The notes under the pieces: generated by a model | The model's input: the letters and a program-made list of their open reading frames with translations, nothing else | Told to the model about the DNA's origin: nothing | The model's database searches: none | Origin: an uncultured bacterium | GTDB lineage: Bacteria; Chloroflexota; UBA5177; JANWHV01 | NCBI GenBank assembly: GCA_963729625.1 | Contig: CAVSOU010000008.1 | Location: forward strand, 416,001-480,000 | Reading direction: 5' to 3' | Length of the DNA: 64,000 bases | Position numbers and translations under genes: made by a program | Shown: one piece after another, positions 10,888 to 22,103 of the stretch | How positions within the stretch are numbered: position 1 is the first letter of the stretch | How the letters are laid out: the number at the start of each line of letters is the position of its first letter

Positions 10888-12273
10888 ATGAGGGACGTCG
10901 CGGTGGAGCAGGGCCGGACGGCAGATCTATCACTGGCCGACCAAGCGTACCAGCGGAATCTGGGCGATGGATTGCGCCTGCGCTGGTCGACGCCGGGCGA
11001 CCTTGACCGGCTCGTCGCCATGTATCAAAGTGTCTTCCGGCCAAGAGAGGATGCTCCGCCCAACTCGGTCATCGGGTACTGGGTCCGCGACATGATGAGT
11101 GGTCGCCATGCACATATCACCGGCTACGACTTTGCCCTGGTCGAAGACATCAAGACGCGAAGGATTGTCGCCGCGACCTGCCTTCTTGCCAACGAGGTAA
11201 CCTACGAGCACATTCCATTCATGCTGGGCCGGCCTGAAATCGTGGCTACCGAGATTCCATACCGCAATCGGTCCTTGCAGCGCGCGATCTTTGGCCTTAT
11301 TCACGCGCGCAGCTCGGCACGCGGGCACCTGGTACAGGGGATCACAGGCATACCAAATTTCTACCGGCAATTTGGCTACGAATTCGCCGTCGATCTGGAG
11401 GCTGCCCGACACGTCTACTTCTCCGCGCTTGCGCTGAAGAAACCGGGGGGGCCGGTTCCGTACACCCTGCACCCCGCTGTAGAGGACGACCTCCCTTTGT
11501 TGCTCGCGCTTTCCGCTCGCGAGCGCGCGTGCTGGCAGATAGCAACCGTGGTGGACGAAGCGGCGTGGCGTTGGATGGCCTTCGCATGTGATCCGGCGGC
11601 GCGCAATGTCGGCGCGACCTATATGATCACGGCAGCCGACGACACGGCCATCGGCTACATCCTGCTCAGCAGGATACGCAGCGACGACTCTGTCGGTATC
11701 TGGGGCATTGCGGTCAGAGAGGGGCGTTCGCTTGCCGAGGTCGCTCCTCACGCCCTGCGCGCAGCGCAAGATATTGTTGCTGCCTTCCCCTGCCGCCCGG
11801 AAGATTCGCCGCCGCCCTCGCGCTTCCGGTTGGAGATGGGACCTGGACATGCGATCTTCGATGCGCTCGGATCGGACATGGCCCCGTTCATCGGCAGCCG
11901 CTATGCCTGGTGGATGCGGATACCGGACCTGCCGGCGTTCGTCTTGCACATCGCGCCCGTGCTGGAGCGACGCCTGGAGCAATCGGTCATGGCCGGCTAC
12001 ACCGGGGAATTCTGCATCGATTTTTACCGCGGCGGACTGCGTCTTGCCTTCGCGCAAGGCAAGCTGGTCACGGTAGAGCCCTGGCAAAAGCCACTCTGGG
12101 GGGAAAGTCAGGCCGCGTTTCCGCAGCCGATTTTCACACAGCTACTGCTTGGCTACCGCAGCTTTGCCGATCTCGCCTACGCGCATATTGATGTCCGAGC
12201 AGACGGAATAGAGCGGATTCTGCTCGAGACGCTCTTCCCAGCCAGACCGTCGTATATGTTGCCGCTTGACTAG
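10888..12273 (+). CDS. GNAT (Eis-like) acetyltransferase
   Basis: EIVATEIPYRNRSLQR, GIPNFYRQFGYE; C-terminal SCP-like segment. Confidence 0.8.
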   Translation: MRDVAVEQGRTADLSLADQAYQRNLGDGLRLRWSTPGDLDRLVAMYQSVFRPREDAPPNSVIGYWVRDMMSGRHAHITGYDFALVEDIKTRRIVAATCLLANEVTYEHIPFMLGRPEIVATEIPYRNRSLQRAIFGLIHARSSARGHLVQGITGIPNFYRQFGYEFAVDLEAARHVYFSALALKKPGGPVPYTLHPAVEDDLPLLLALSARERACWQIATVVDEAAWRWMAFACDPAARNVGATYMITAADDTAIGYILLSRIRSDDSVGIWGIAVREGRSLAEVAPHALRAAQDIVAAFPCRPEDSPPPSRFRLEMGPGHAIFDALGSDMAPFIGSRYAWWMRIPDLPAFVLHIAPVLERRLEQSVMAGYTGEFCIDFYRGGLRLAFAQGKLVTVEPWQKPLWGESQAAFPQPIFTQLLLGYRSFADLAYAHIDVRADGIERILLETLFPARPSYMLPLD

Positions 12274-12367
12274 CAGCTTGTCACAGGCCATTCGTTTCGG
12301 TGTCAGGTAGCCGAGAACACTGATGGTTGACAGGCTACTTGCCACTACCAGTAAATCGGAGCGGTTC

Positions 12368-13567
12368 TTACATCTCCGCGAGATCAGTGCCTGTCAGGGC
12401 GAGCGCCAGGAGGGCATTGCCGGCCAGGGCGCGCTCCATCTGCGCGATGCTGATACGCTCATCGGCAATGTGACAGTGCTCTTCCAGGCCGGGACCATAG
12501 CCCAAAGGCGGTATGCCCGCGGCGTACAGGTGTCCTCCGTCGGTAGCGAAGCGCCAGAATCCGGCCGGCTCGCTATCAAGCGCCTCTTCCGCGCGCCGTA
12601 CCATCCAGTGGTCCGGTGGTAGAGCATAGGAACGGAATATAGACGGGAGGCTCATGCGCATGCCTGCGTAGCTGAGCATATCGTCTTGCTCGACTGCCAC
12701 TGTGCCGCGGCTGCCAGGCAGCAACGCTGCATCGAGTCGTCCCTGCAAGATCCGCACCATGTCGTCCGCCGATTCTCCGGGTACGGTGCGCCAATCCAGG
12801 TGCATGCTCACGCTCTCAGGTATGACGTTGATGCTTTCATTATCGGAGCGGTAAATGGTAGGCGCGAGGGTTGCGGCCGCGAACTCGGCATGCGAGGCCA
12901 TCGGAAGGTCGCGCAGGGAGAGCAGGAATGCCGCGGCGACAAGGTGCGGATTGACGGCACGATCGGGCGTGCTGGCGTGTCCGGCGCGACCGGTAATGGT
13001 CACGCGCAGGCCCGTACGACCGCGATGCCCGCGCTTGAGCAGGCAATTGCTGGGCTCGCCAACCACCGCGCAGTCTGCTCTCAAATGCGAAACCAGGTGC
13101 TGTGTACCCAGGCCGCCAACCTCCTCCATGACCACGCCGGTGACATAGATATCCCCAGCCGGAAGCATGCCTGCCGCGCGCAATATCGGCACGACATAGA
13201 CCTGGCAGGCGAGCGGTCCCTTCATGTCGGCGGCAGCCCGTCCCCAGAGGTAGCCATCAGCTACGTGGCCGGAGAACGGGTCTGCATGCCAGTGCGCGCG
13301 ATCTCCCGCCGAGACCATGTCCATATGCCCGTTGAACAGCAGGCTGCGTCCCGAGCCCGAGCCCTTCAAGAAGCCGATCACGTTACCCGCGGCATCTACC
13401 TGCACGTCGTCGTATGCCAGGCTCTCCATTTCTTTCCGCAGCAGCTCCGCAACGCCGCCTTCCTCGCCGGGCATACTGGGGGTCTGGACCATCCGCGCGG
13501 CGAAATGGACGGCGGCATCGCGCTGTGCTGCCGCGCAGATACGGATATGTGCTACCGCCGGGATCAC
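12368..13567 (-). CDS. M20-family metallo-hydrolase (ArgE/DapE/YgeY-like)
   Basis: FNGHMDMV, GRAAADMKG, MEE, VGEPS, TDGGH. Confidence 0.9.
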   Translation of the reverse strand: MIPAVAHIRICAAAQRDAAVHFAARMVQTPSMPGEEGGVAELLRKEMESLAYDDVQVDAAGNVIGFLKGSGSGRSLLFNGHMDMVSAGDRAHWHADPFSGHVADGYLWGRAAADMKGPLACQVYVVPILRAAGMLPAGDIYVTGVVMEEVGGLGTQHLVSHLRADCAVVGEPSNCLLKRGHRGRTGLRVTITGRAGHASTPDRAVNPHLVAAAFLLSLRDLPMASHAEFAAATLAPTIYRSDNESINVIPESVSMHLDWRTVPGESADDMVRILQGRLDAALLPGSRGTVAVEQDDMLSYAGMRMSLPSIFRSYALPPDHWMVRRAEEALDSEPAGFWRFATDGGHLYAAGIPPLGYGPGLEEHCHIADERISIAQMERALAGNALLALALTGTDLAEM

Positions 13568-13760
13568 GGGTTCTCCTCACTCGCGCATCTCATAGAGTGA
13601 GTATAAGGCGGCTACGGAGACAGGACACGATGGCTCTGGCGAATAGGCGAGCAATAAGGTTGTCCACTTCCCTTTACGTGCGCGTAAAGCAGTGAAATAC
13701 TGAGAGTAGCCGGACTCCGCACACGTCGGGCTGAGCTATGAGCGGGAGGGGATCCGAGCA

Positions 13761-14249
13761 ATGAAGACGGCAGGTACTCTTGTCATCGCAATTGAAGACA
13801 CGTCGACGATTCAGTGCGTGGGCAAAGAAGGGACGCACGTCGCGATCGAGGTTGGTGCAACGAAGCTTGTTCTGTTGCACGTGCTCGATCAACACCCGCT
13901 GTCAGGCGCCGCGGTAGCGATGAGCGGCTACTATTTGCCGATTGCCGAATCAACCGAAGATGGCGCGGTGCTGCTCAAGCGCGCTGAGGCCGCCATACAG
14001 GCCGAGTTTGATCGGCTAGGACTGCCCCGTCCCGAGATAGAGCTGTTGGTAGGTCAGGGCAACCCCAGCACGGTGATTGAGGACGTGATCAGAGATCGCA
14101 GTGCCGAGGACGTTGTGCTGGGAGCACGACACCGGCATCTATTTGGGCGCTTGATGTACAGCGACGTGCGAGCACATCTCAAGTGCCTCGATGCACATCA
14201 CATCCATGTGGCGCCGCTGCAGGAACCTACGGCCACGAGCCGCGAGTAG
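13761..14249 (+). CDS. Universal stress protein
   Basis: LVLLHV, GNPSTVI...DVVLGAR USP pattern; RBS GGAGG. Confidence 0.75.
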   Translation: MKTAGTLVIAIEDTSTIQCVGKEGTHVAIEVGATKLVLLHVLDQHPLSGAAVAMSGYYLPIAESTEDGAVLLKRAEAAIQAEFDRLGLPRPEIELLVGQGNPSTVIEDVIRDRSAEDVVLGARHRHLFGRLMYSDVRAHLKCLDAHHIHVAPLQEPTATSRE

Positions 14250-14388
14250 TTAGCGGCCCGGCATCCACAGATAGGCGTCTGTTCCTACTGAGACCACGCG
14301 CTTGCCATCCCCAATCACCCACACTTGTAGGTATCCGGTCAGGGCCGCGGTGGCCGTTTTGAGGCCGTAACTAGTGGCCGAATGGGCC

Positions 14389-14418
14389 TTGACATCAAGG
14401 CTCGAGTCGGTCTATACT
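14389..14418 (+). promoter_or_regulatory. Sigma70-type promoter of the glpX'-rho transcript
   Basis: TTGACA (14389-14394), 18 bp, TATACT (14413-14418). Confidence 0.65.
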
Positions 14419-14664
14419 CCATCATCCCATACGACTTCCCCGTTTTCTCTTGCCCCGGGCAGCGAGTTTCCACGCGTCTGAGCCGCATGGGGATGCCTGC
14501 ATGCACTACGTCTCTCTGGCTGCCGGCATGTGGTGCCTTTGGAGGATTGGTAACTACTCAAGTCCCATATCGCGCGCATCGATTATTTTTGCCGGCATGG
14601 GAGCGCGTTGCCATTGGTGTGGGCTGAGTCGGCACGGCGCTAAGGAGCGCTGAGGACTTCATCT

Positions 14665-15391
14665 GTGAGTGACCTGCTCGATCGCAATCTTGGACTGGAG
14701 CCCGTGCGCGTGACTGAAGCCGCCGCACCGGCGGCCGGCCACTGGATGGACAAGAGTGCGAAAGAGGCTGCCGACCAGGTAGCAGTGGATGCCATGCGCT
14801 GTGCGCTGGCCGTAGCCCGCGACTGTGCTGTAAGCGATCCTACCGTGGGCATGCTGGAACGGCCACGTACTGAGGAGTTGGCACGGAAGTTACGTGCTGG
14901 CCGCGCCCGGCCGATGCGCGTTCCAGATAGAGATGTCACCAGCGCGTTGACCGATGCGATGGAAGACTGTTTTGGCGCCGATATGCCGATGGGTGTTGGC
15001 AGATCGGCTGGAACCGTGCATGCGATATGTGCGCTGAGATGCTTGAGGGGAGAGATTCAATGCCGATTGTGGCCACGAAATGAAGAGGAGAAACAGAGAG
15101 CGCTGAGTGCCTGCTTGGATGCCGGCGTATCTCAGCGGATTTTGACGTCCGATGATCGTAGTGAAGCGCGACAATGTTTTCTTTACCGCAAGCGACAGTA
15201 CAACGGAGAATTGTTTCGCGGCGTGCAGTATTCCGGTCATGGCGCGCGCCCATAGTGTATCTATGCGGTCGCGATCGGGCACGACGCGTTGGATTGAGGC
15301 GGTGCACCATTGGACGAGATTGACGGATATCGACACAATGATCTGCGATCCCCAGATCTCACGGGATCGCGCGAGGGAAGGGAAGGCGTAG
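14665..15391 (+). pseudogene. glpX: Degenerate class II fructose-1,6-bisphosphatase
   Basis: RNLGLEPVRVTEAAA...AVDAMR N-terminus, GEIQCRLWPR, DNVFF and SMRSRSGTTRWIEAVH spread over several frames; central catalytic region missing. Confidence 0.85.
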
Positions 15392-16863
15392 AGACGAACG
15401 GCCATGCGGCTCCGGTCGCGTTGGCGGAACCGCCGCATGCTGTACACGATGCTGAGCCTCTGCTTCCTGACTTGATTCCCTGCGACTCGCCGGACCTGGT
15501 AGATGTGTCTCATGAACCGGTCGACGTCGACCAGGGGGTAGTCAACCTCGATCGTGAGACACGCGAACAGGATCGCGGCGCCAGCGCAGTAAACGGCAAG
15601 CGCGCGAATCTGGCCGAGCTCGAGGCCAAGACGCTACACGAGCTGCGTGAAATGGCCAAGAGCCTTGAGGTAACTGGCTACACCAGCCTCAAAAAAGGGG
15701 ACCTGATCTTCAGGCTCTTGCAAGCGCAGACGGAACAGCAGGGAAATCTTTTCCGAGCCGGCGTGCTGGACATCGTGGAAGAAGGCTTTGGTTTCCTTCG
15801 CAAAGATCGCTACTTGCCCGGTAGCGATGACATCTACGTCTCCCTCTCCCAGATCCGGCGCTTTGGTCTGCGCACCGGAGATCGCGTCAGCGGGCAGGTG
15901 CGAGCGCCTAAGGAAAGCGAGAAGTACTACGGCCTGCTGCGCGTGGAAGCCGTCAACGGCGTGGATCCCGAGACAGCCAAGCGCCGGCCGCACTTCGACC
16001 GGCTGACTCCTATCTACCCCAATCAGCAACTCTTTCTGGAGACCACGCCCAGCATCGTCGCCACACGGCTGTTGGATCTCGTAGCGCCTATCGGACGGGG
16101 CCAGCGGGGCATGATCGTGGCGCCGCCCAAGGCCGGCAAGACGGTGATCCTCAAGCAGATCGCCAACGCTATCAACACCAACTACCCGGATGTGCACCTG
16201 ATGGTCGTGCTGGTTGGCGAGCGCCCCGAGGAAGTCACCGATATGGAGCGCTCGGTCAAGGTCGCCGAGGTGCTCAGCGCGACGTTTGACGAGCAGGCCG
16301 ATCACCACACGCGCGTGGCAGAGATGGCCCTGGAACGGGCGAAGCGCCTGGTCGAAAGCGGTAAAGACGTCGTCTTGCTGCTCGACAGTATCACCCGCCT
16401 TACCCGTGCCTACAACACGGCCATTCCGTCGAGCGGACGCACGCTGTCCGGCGGTATCGATCCCAATGCTATCTTCCCACCCAAGCGCTTTTTCGGCGCT
16501 GCGCGCAAGATCGAGGGCGCCGGTAGCCTCACGATCATCGCCACCTGTCTGATCGAGACCGGTAGCCGCATGGACGATGTGATCTACGAGGAGTTCAAGG
16601 GCACCGGCAACATGGAAGTGATCCTGGAGCGCAAACTGGCAGAAAAGCGCGTCTTTCCTGCCGTCGACGTGCTTCGCTCGGGCACACGGCATGAAGAGCT
16701 GCTGATGGATGAACAGATGCTTCAGCGCGTCTGGCTCATGCGCAGAATGGTCAGTGCCCTGGGCGCCACCGAGGGTACCGAGCTACTACTCAATCATCTG
16801 GCGAAGACCGCGTCAAATAAGGAGTTTCTTGCTTCACTGCATAAGGGGGATATACAGCCGTAG
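15310..16863 (+). CDS. rho: Transcription termination factor Rho (true start probably downstream of 15310)
   Basis: [44 protein letters not shown]. Confidence 0.97.
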   Translation: MDEIDGYRHNDLRSPDLTGSREGREGVETNGHAAPVALAEPPHAVHDAEPLLPDLIPCDSPDLVDVSHEPVDVDQGVVNLDRETREQDRGASAVNGKRANLAELEAKTLHELREMAKSLEVTGYTSLKKGDLIFRLLQAQTEQQGNLFRAGVLDIVEEGFGFLRKDRYLPGSDDIYVSLSQIRRFGLRTGDRVSGQVRAPKESEKYYGLLRVEAVNGVDPETAKRRPHFDRLTPIYPNQQLFLETTPSIVATRLLDLVAPIGRGQRGMIVAPPKAGKTVILKQIANAINTNYPDVHLMVVLVGERPEEVTDMERSVKVAEVLSATFDEQADHHTRVAEMALERAKRLVESGKDVVLLLDSITRLTRAYNTAIPSSGRTLSGGIDPNAIFPPKRFFGAARKIEGAGSLTIIATCLIETGSRMDDVIYEEFKGTGNMEVILERKLAEKRVFPAVDVLRSGTRHEELLMDEQMLQRVWLMRRMVSALGATEGTELLLNHLAKTASNKEFLASLHKGDIQP

Positions 16864-16892
16864 GATGGTGGCCTTCGCCCAGGCCCGTGCTG

Positions 16893-17372
16893 TCACATGT
16901 CCCGATACATCATTGGAGGCTCTTCGACCAGATTGAATTTCTCGCCCAGGGCGTTGCACTCCGTGCAATGATCGGGAGGGGTCGCGCCGTACTGTTGGGC
17001 ACCGCAGATCGTGCAGGTCCAGCGCTGCGCGATGCGTTTGAGCAGGTCCGCGTGGCTGATGAGGCCCACCAGTTTCCCAGCCTGTACCACGAGGACGCGA
17101 TGCACGCGCCTCAAGATGTAGCTGACCTCGTCGAGATCGTTCTCCGGAGAGACGGTGATCACCTGGGCAGTCATGATGTCTCCGACTGTTTGACCTTGCT
17201 TGCCGATCATATCGGAATCGCTGACGGTCCCCACGATGCTGCCGTCCGCGATGACGACCGGCAGGTAGGTGAGATGGTGACGCACGAGCTCGGCGGCTGC
17301 CGCTTCGATAGAAGTCTCTGGTGCAACGGTGATCACTTCCGGGGTCATGACATCTTGAGCGGTAAGGTTCAT
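16893..17372 (-). CDS. CBS-pair protein with C-terminal rubredoxin-like metal site
   Basis: Two CBS repeats, then WTCTICG-x-PPDHCTEC. Confidence 0.82.
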   Translation of the reverse strand: MNLTAQDVMTPEVITVAPETSIEAAAAELVRHHLTYLPVVIADGSIVGTVSDSDMIGKQGQTVGDIMTAQVITVSPENDLDEVSYILRRVHRVLVVQAGKLVGLISHADLLKRIAQRWTCTICGAQQYGATPPDHCTECNALGEKFNLVEEPPMMYRDM

Positions 17373-17616
17373 GGTTCCTCTACTTTATGAAAACGACACA
17401 TCACGCCTGAAGGTTGGGCGCCGGCCTCTCGCGGTGTGATTCCGGCCCATCCGGCGATCGTATTGCCAGCCGACTACGAAGCAGGATACCGCACTGGCGA
17501 TGCGCCGGAATGGACATGTATCGATGCGGAGATGAAGGGCTGAGACTGCGGCGGGGCCAGGTCGGTACACTAACAGGTGGAGGTCTGTACGAGTTTGCTA
17601 AGAAGGAGCCGGCCGG

Positions 17617-19179
17617 TTGCGTATTTTTGATACCAGGAGCGCCCAAAAACTGGAGTTCGAGCCGGAGCACGATCCGGTCTTGATGTATATGTGCGGTCTG
17701 ACACCGAAGAATGAACCGCACATTGGGCACGCGAAGCTGTTTGTTACGGCCGACCTCATCCGCCGGCATTTGGAATATCGCGGCTATAGGGTGCGCTATA
17801 TCCAAAACGTGACTGATATAGATGATAAGATCATCGCCCGCGCGCAGACGGAGGGGATTACTCCGGAGGAAGTAGCTACCAAGTACAGCGCCTCCTACTT
17901 CGCCAGTGTAGATGCCCTCTATTGCCGGCCAGCCGATCACTACCCAACTGTCACGACTGCCATGCCCAAGATCATCATGATGATCGAGGGTTTAGTGACA
18001 AACGGCCATGCCTACCGCGTTGGCGGCGACGTCTACTTTCGCGTGGCGAGCTTCCCCGACTATGGGAAGCTATCCAAGCGGAATACAGCCGTCGACAACA
18101 CGGCGGGCCGTGGCCTGCAGGCCCGCGGCAAGGAGGCGATTCCCACTGCCGTGGACGGTGGCGGCTCAGAAGAGGGCGAGCACGGCAAGGGGGACCCGCG
18201 GGACTTCGCTCTCTGGAAAGCAGCCAAGCCGGGAGAGCCCCAGTGGGAGAGTCCTTGGGGATTCGGCCGCCCCGGCTGGCACATCGAATGCTCGGCGATG
18301 GTAAGGGCGGAGCTTGCCGACAGCATCGATATCCATGGCGGCGGGTCGGATCTCATCTTTCCGCACCACGAGAATGAGATTGCACAGAGCGAATCGTTTA
18401 CCGGCAAGGCCCCTTTCGTCAAGTACTGGGCACACATTGGCGCGCTGATGGTCTATGTCACCGAAGCGAGCGGCGAGCAGGTGCTGCAGAAGATGTCGCA
18501 CTCTCTCGGCAACTTCGTGGCGGTCAAAGACATTCTCGCCCGCTACGAGTCGTCCGTTCTCCGGCTGTATCTCCTATCTCAGCACTACCGCTCTCCCGTG
18601 GCCTACACGGAAGAGTCCCTGTCTGAGGTGGAGGTCGGCTGGGAGCGGCTCTGCACCGCGGCGAGGAATCTCGATCTGCTGCTGAATTGGCAGCCGGTGC
18701 GGGCGGTGCAGCCGGATGAGCCTGTGGAGTTGGAGATGCGGAAAGAGACGCGCCAGCTTCTCGTCCAGATCGACGCTTCTCTTGAAGCGTTCAACGCTGG
18801 CATGGACGACGATTTCAACACTGCTCAGGCCATAGCCGCTCTCTATGATCTGGCAGCACAGATCAACCGGTATAAGGATTTCCTCCGCGATCCCAAGCTG
18901 GTGAACCCCACGGTCAAAGGAGCGCTCGTGCGCGCTCAGGAAGCGTTGAGCACGATAATGGACGTGCTGGGGTTAGTGGTAGCGCCGGAAGGACCGGCAG
19001 TCGAGTCCCCCGAATTCACCGCGATGGTGGAGGGGATGATCGAGCGGCGGCGCGAGTTGCGCACGGCACGGGACTTTGCCGGTGCGGACGCCGTTCGCGA
19101 TGAGCTGAAGGGAATGGGCGTGATCGTAGAAGATCACCCACAGGGCGTGCGGTGGCGAAGACATCGGCATGCCAAATAG
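17617..19179 (+). CDS. cysS: Cysteine--tRNA ligase
   Basis: MYMCG, HIGH, DFALWK, GRPGWHIECSAM, FPHHENE, KMSHS. Confidence 0.97.
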   Translation: MRIFDTRSAQKLEFEPEHDPVLMYMCGLTPKNEPHIGHAKLFVTADLIRRHLEYRGYRVRYIQNVTDIDDKIIARAQTEGITPEEVATKYSASYFASVDALYCRPADHYPTVTTAMPKIIMMIEGLVTNGHAYRVGGDVYFRVASFPDYGKLSKRNTAVDNTAGRGLQARGKEAIPTAVDGGGSEEGEHGKGDPRDFALWKAAKPGEPQWESPWGFGRPGWHIECSAMVRAELADSIDIHGGGSDLIFPHHENEIAQSESFTGKAPFVKYWAHIGALMVYVTEASGEQVLQKMSHSLGNFVAVKDILARYESSVLRLYLLSQHYRSPVAYTEESLSEVEVGWERLCTAARNLDLLLNWQPVRAVQPDEPVELEMRKETRQLLVQIDASLEAFNAGMDDDFNTAQAIAALYDLAAQINRYKDFLRDPKLVNPTVKGALVRAQEALSTIMDVLGLVVAPEGPAVESPEFTAMVEGMIERRRELRTARDFAGADAVRDELKGMGVIVEDHPQGVRWRRHRHAK

Positions 19180-19345
19180 GCCCTACAGCAGCGAGACCCA
19201 CCGCGCATGAGCGCGGGCGGTATGGATGATTGAACGAATCCGCGCATGAACGCGGACCCGGCGCGCGCAAAGAGCGTGAGGCGCGCCGGCTGATAATACA
19301 GCCGTGTTTCTAGAGAATGAACGGCTGAAAGAATAGGCAGATTCC

Positions 19346-21332
19346 ATGGCACATGATGATACACGAGGACGCCGCGGCTTCGAGAGCCGTGGTGGGCGAG
19401 ACGATCGCCCCTACAGTGGCTTCCAAAAGCGCGAGCGCGACGCCCGCGCCGGCCAGCCGGCGTATGATGCCGGCCAACGCGAACACACGCCCCGGCGTGA
19501 CGATGATGCCGGCCGCGGCACCGGCGGCAGTGATGCGCGCCCTGGCCGCTCCTATCGCCCACCGTTCGCGCGTGAGCCACGCGACGACGGTTCGACGACC
19601 TTTCAGGGCCGCGGTGCACGCGGCTTCGAGCGCGGCGAGAAGCAATCCGACGACGAGCGCGGCTTCCGCGGCGGACCCGGCGGTGAGCGACCGCCCTTCC
19701 GGCGGACGCACCTGTGACCGGCCGCCCTTCCGCAGCGCACCCGGCGGTGACCGGCCGCCCTTCCGCGGCGCACCCGGCGGTGACCGGCCGCCCTTCCGCA
19801 GCGCACCCGGCGGTGACCGGCCGCCCTTCCGCAGCGCACCCGGCGGTGACCGGCCGCCCTTCCGCGGCGGTGACCGGCCACCTTTCCGATCCAATCGTCC
19901 TTCCTTCCAGGAGACGAGAGGTGAGAATGATCGCCCCTGGCAGAGGGAGCGCCACGACGAAGGCAGACCCAGCTTTGCGGACCGCGGCCAGGGTTCCGGG
20001 AGAGATGAGCGACCTACCTACCGGCAGGGCCGTGGTGGGTACCGTTCATTCGATCAGGACCTTTCGCAGCGGGAGAGGCCGGCCTCGCCCTATCGCGGTG
20101 ACCGGCCATACCAGGGTCGTCGCGACGACAGCGACCGCGGCTTCCGTCGTCCGGATGGCGACCGACCCGCCTTCCAGGATCGGCGGCCGTTCCCTGGCGG
20201 CGAGCGCTCATTCGAGCGACGCGAGCCGGATTTTGCGAACGCCGGCCGGCCGCTCGGCACCGTCACCCGAGCAGGTCATAGCCCGGTCAGCCAATTTGAG
20301 CGGATTCAGGCAGACGTCTATGGGCGCTGGCCCGTGCTGGAGTCTTTGCGGGCAGGAAACGTCGTCAAGATCTACTTCGCGGCCGGGGTGAAGGATTCCG
20401 CCGATCACTTGCAAGAGATTCAGGCGATCGCCGCGGAAAAGCACATCACCATTGTGCGCGTCGATCGCTTCGATCTCGATCGCGTCCTGGGCAACGTCAA
20501 TCATCAGGGTATCGCCGCCGCCTGCCGTCCATTCCAGTACACGGATTTCGCCGATATCGTGACGGCTGCCGGCAAGTCGGGTGAGCAACCACTGGTCCTG
20601 CTCTTCGACGGCGTGCAGGATCCACAGAATCTGGGGTCGATTCTTCGCACCGGTGAGGCAGTGGGGATCGACGGAGCCGTGTTGGCCAAGCATAACCAGG
20701 CGGCAGTCACCCCGGCTGTCGTACGAGCCTCGGCGGGAGCGGTCGAGCACCTGGCTGTTGCCGAGGTGGCGAACCTTCGCCAAAGCGTCGCCACGCTGAA
20801 GGAAGCAGGTTACTGGATCGTCGGTCTCGACATGGATGGGGGCACTGACTACGACAACTTCGACGTCGATAGTCCGATAGCCCTGATCGTGGGCGGCGAA
20901 GGCCGCGGCCTGAGCCGGATGATTTCGGAGGAGTGCGATTACCTGGTACGACTGCCCATGCGCGGCAAGATTAGCAGCCTCAACGCCTCCGTCGCCGCCG
21001 GCATCGTGCTCTACGAGATCGGGCGCCGCCGTGGTACTGCCGGGACGCCCAAGACAAGCAGCAATGAGGATGCTGTCGAGATGGAAATCGAGGCAGCGAT
21101 CACGGAAGCCTTCGTCGTCGAAGATGCAGTGCTACAGGACCAGCTCGAGGCGGAAGCAGACTTCGAGGACACTGAGGAGGCGGAGGATATCGCCTTTGAG
21201 GAGATCTTCGTGGACGATTCCGAAGAGAATGAGCTCGACGACGACGCTACCCCGACCGATGACACGCTCGATAGCGACGATCCGGGAGCAGCCGGGCACG
21301 ATGCTACCGATGTAGCCACTACCGCCGAGTAG
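19346..21332 (+). CDS. rlmB: 23S rRNA Gm2251 methyltransferase with long R/G/D-rich N-terminus and acidic tail; frameshift near 19710
   Basis: SpoU motifs NHQGI, QDPQNLGSILR, GGEGRGL, SSLNASVA; follows cysS; N-terminal extension starts in another frame at ATG 19346. Confidence 0.88.
19677..19888 (+). repeat. 33-bp coding tandem repeat (GGDRPPFR[S/G]AP)
   Basis: Unit CCGGCGGTGACCGGCCGCCCTTCCGC[A/G]GCGCAC at 19741, 19774, 19807, plus partial or degenerate flanking copies. Confidence 0.95.
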
Positions 21333-21393
21333 CCCTCAAAGGAGAATGTGTCGTAGTCTGTGCCGGCCTTCCTGAGGCTGGTAACGTTGCACC

Positions 21394-21432
21394 GGAGAGG
21401 GTGTTCCAGATGGAATGCCCTCTCTCGTTTTT
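21394..21432 (+). terminator. Intrinsic terminator after rlmB
   Basis: GGAGAGGGTGTTCCA-GA-TGGAATGCCCTCTCT hairpin followed by CGTTTTT. Confidence 0.7.
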
Positions 21433-21533
21433 CCGTTCTCTCTACTACTCGCTTCTAGCGATTATGGCCTGGAGTATGTGCTGAGCGCCGCTCAAGCTGC
21501 GCGGCGACAAGAATTCCCCTACAAGGAGGATGC

Positions 21534-22103
21534 GTGACACGAGCAGAGGCACTGGCCATCGTGCGGGAGTATGTCCAGAATGAAGGGTTGATCCGGCATT
21601 GCCTGGCCGTCGAAGCAGCTATGAGAGCCTATGCTGCGAGATACGACGGAGATGCAGAAGCGTGGGGCCTGGCAGGATTGCTCCACGACTTTGACTGGGA
21701 GATACATCCCAATGCCGCTACGCATCCGCACATGGGCACACCTATTCTGCGCGAGCGCGGAGTGCCGGAGCAGATCATCCATTGCATCCTCACCCACGCC
21801 GACTACCTGGGCTATCCCCGCGTCACCCCTATGGAGAAAGCTCTTTCTGCCGTCGACGAGCTGACCGGGTTGATCACCGCGGCCGTCCTGGTCCGGCCGA
21901 CAAAATCCATTCAAGACATCGAAGCTCCGGCCGTGCGCAAGAAGATGAAGGATAAGGCCTTCGCACGCCAGGTAAGCCGTGAGGAGATCGTGCGTGGCGC
22001 CGAGGAGTTGGGTGTTGACCTGGACGAGCACATCGCGTTCGTGATCGTGGCTATGCGCTCTATCGCTCCCGAGCTGGGCCTCGACGGTTCTCTTGCCGGC
22101 TGA
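21534..22103 (+). CDS. HDIG/HD-domain phosphohydrolase
   Basis: RHCLAVE, GLLHDFD, DELTG, KKMKDKAFA. Confidence 0.88.
   Translation: MTRAEALAIVREYVQNEGLIRHCLAVEAAMRAYAARYDGDAEAWGLAGLLHDFDWEIHPNAATHPHMGTPILRERGVPEQIIHCILTHADYLGYPRVTPMEKALSAVDELTGLITAAVLVRPTKSIQDIEAPAVRKKMKDKAFARQVSREEIVRGAEELGVDLDEHIAFVIVAMRSIAPELGLDGSLAG

Noticed and set aside
19677-19888. CRISPR or non-coding repeat
   Set aside because: Spacer-less 33-bp in-frame repeat inside rlmB
21346-21375. Tiny ORF after a GGAG (MCRSLCRPS) preceding the rlmB terminator
   Set aside because: No leader-peptide signature and poor RBS spacing
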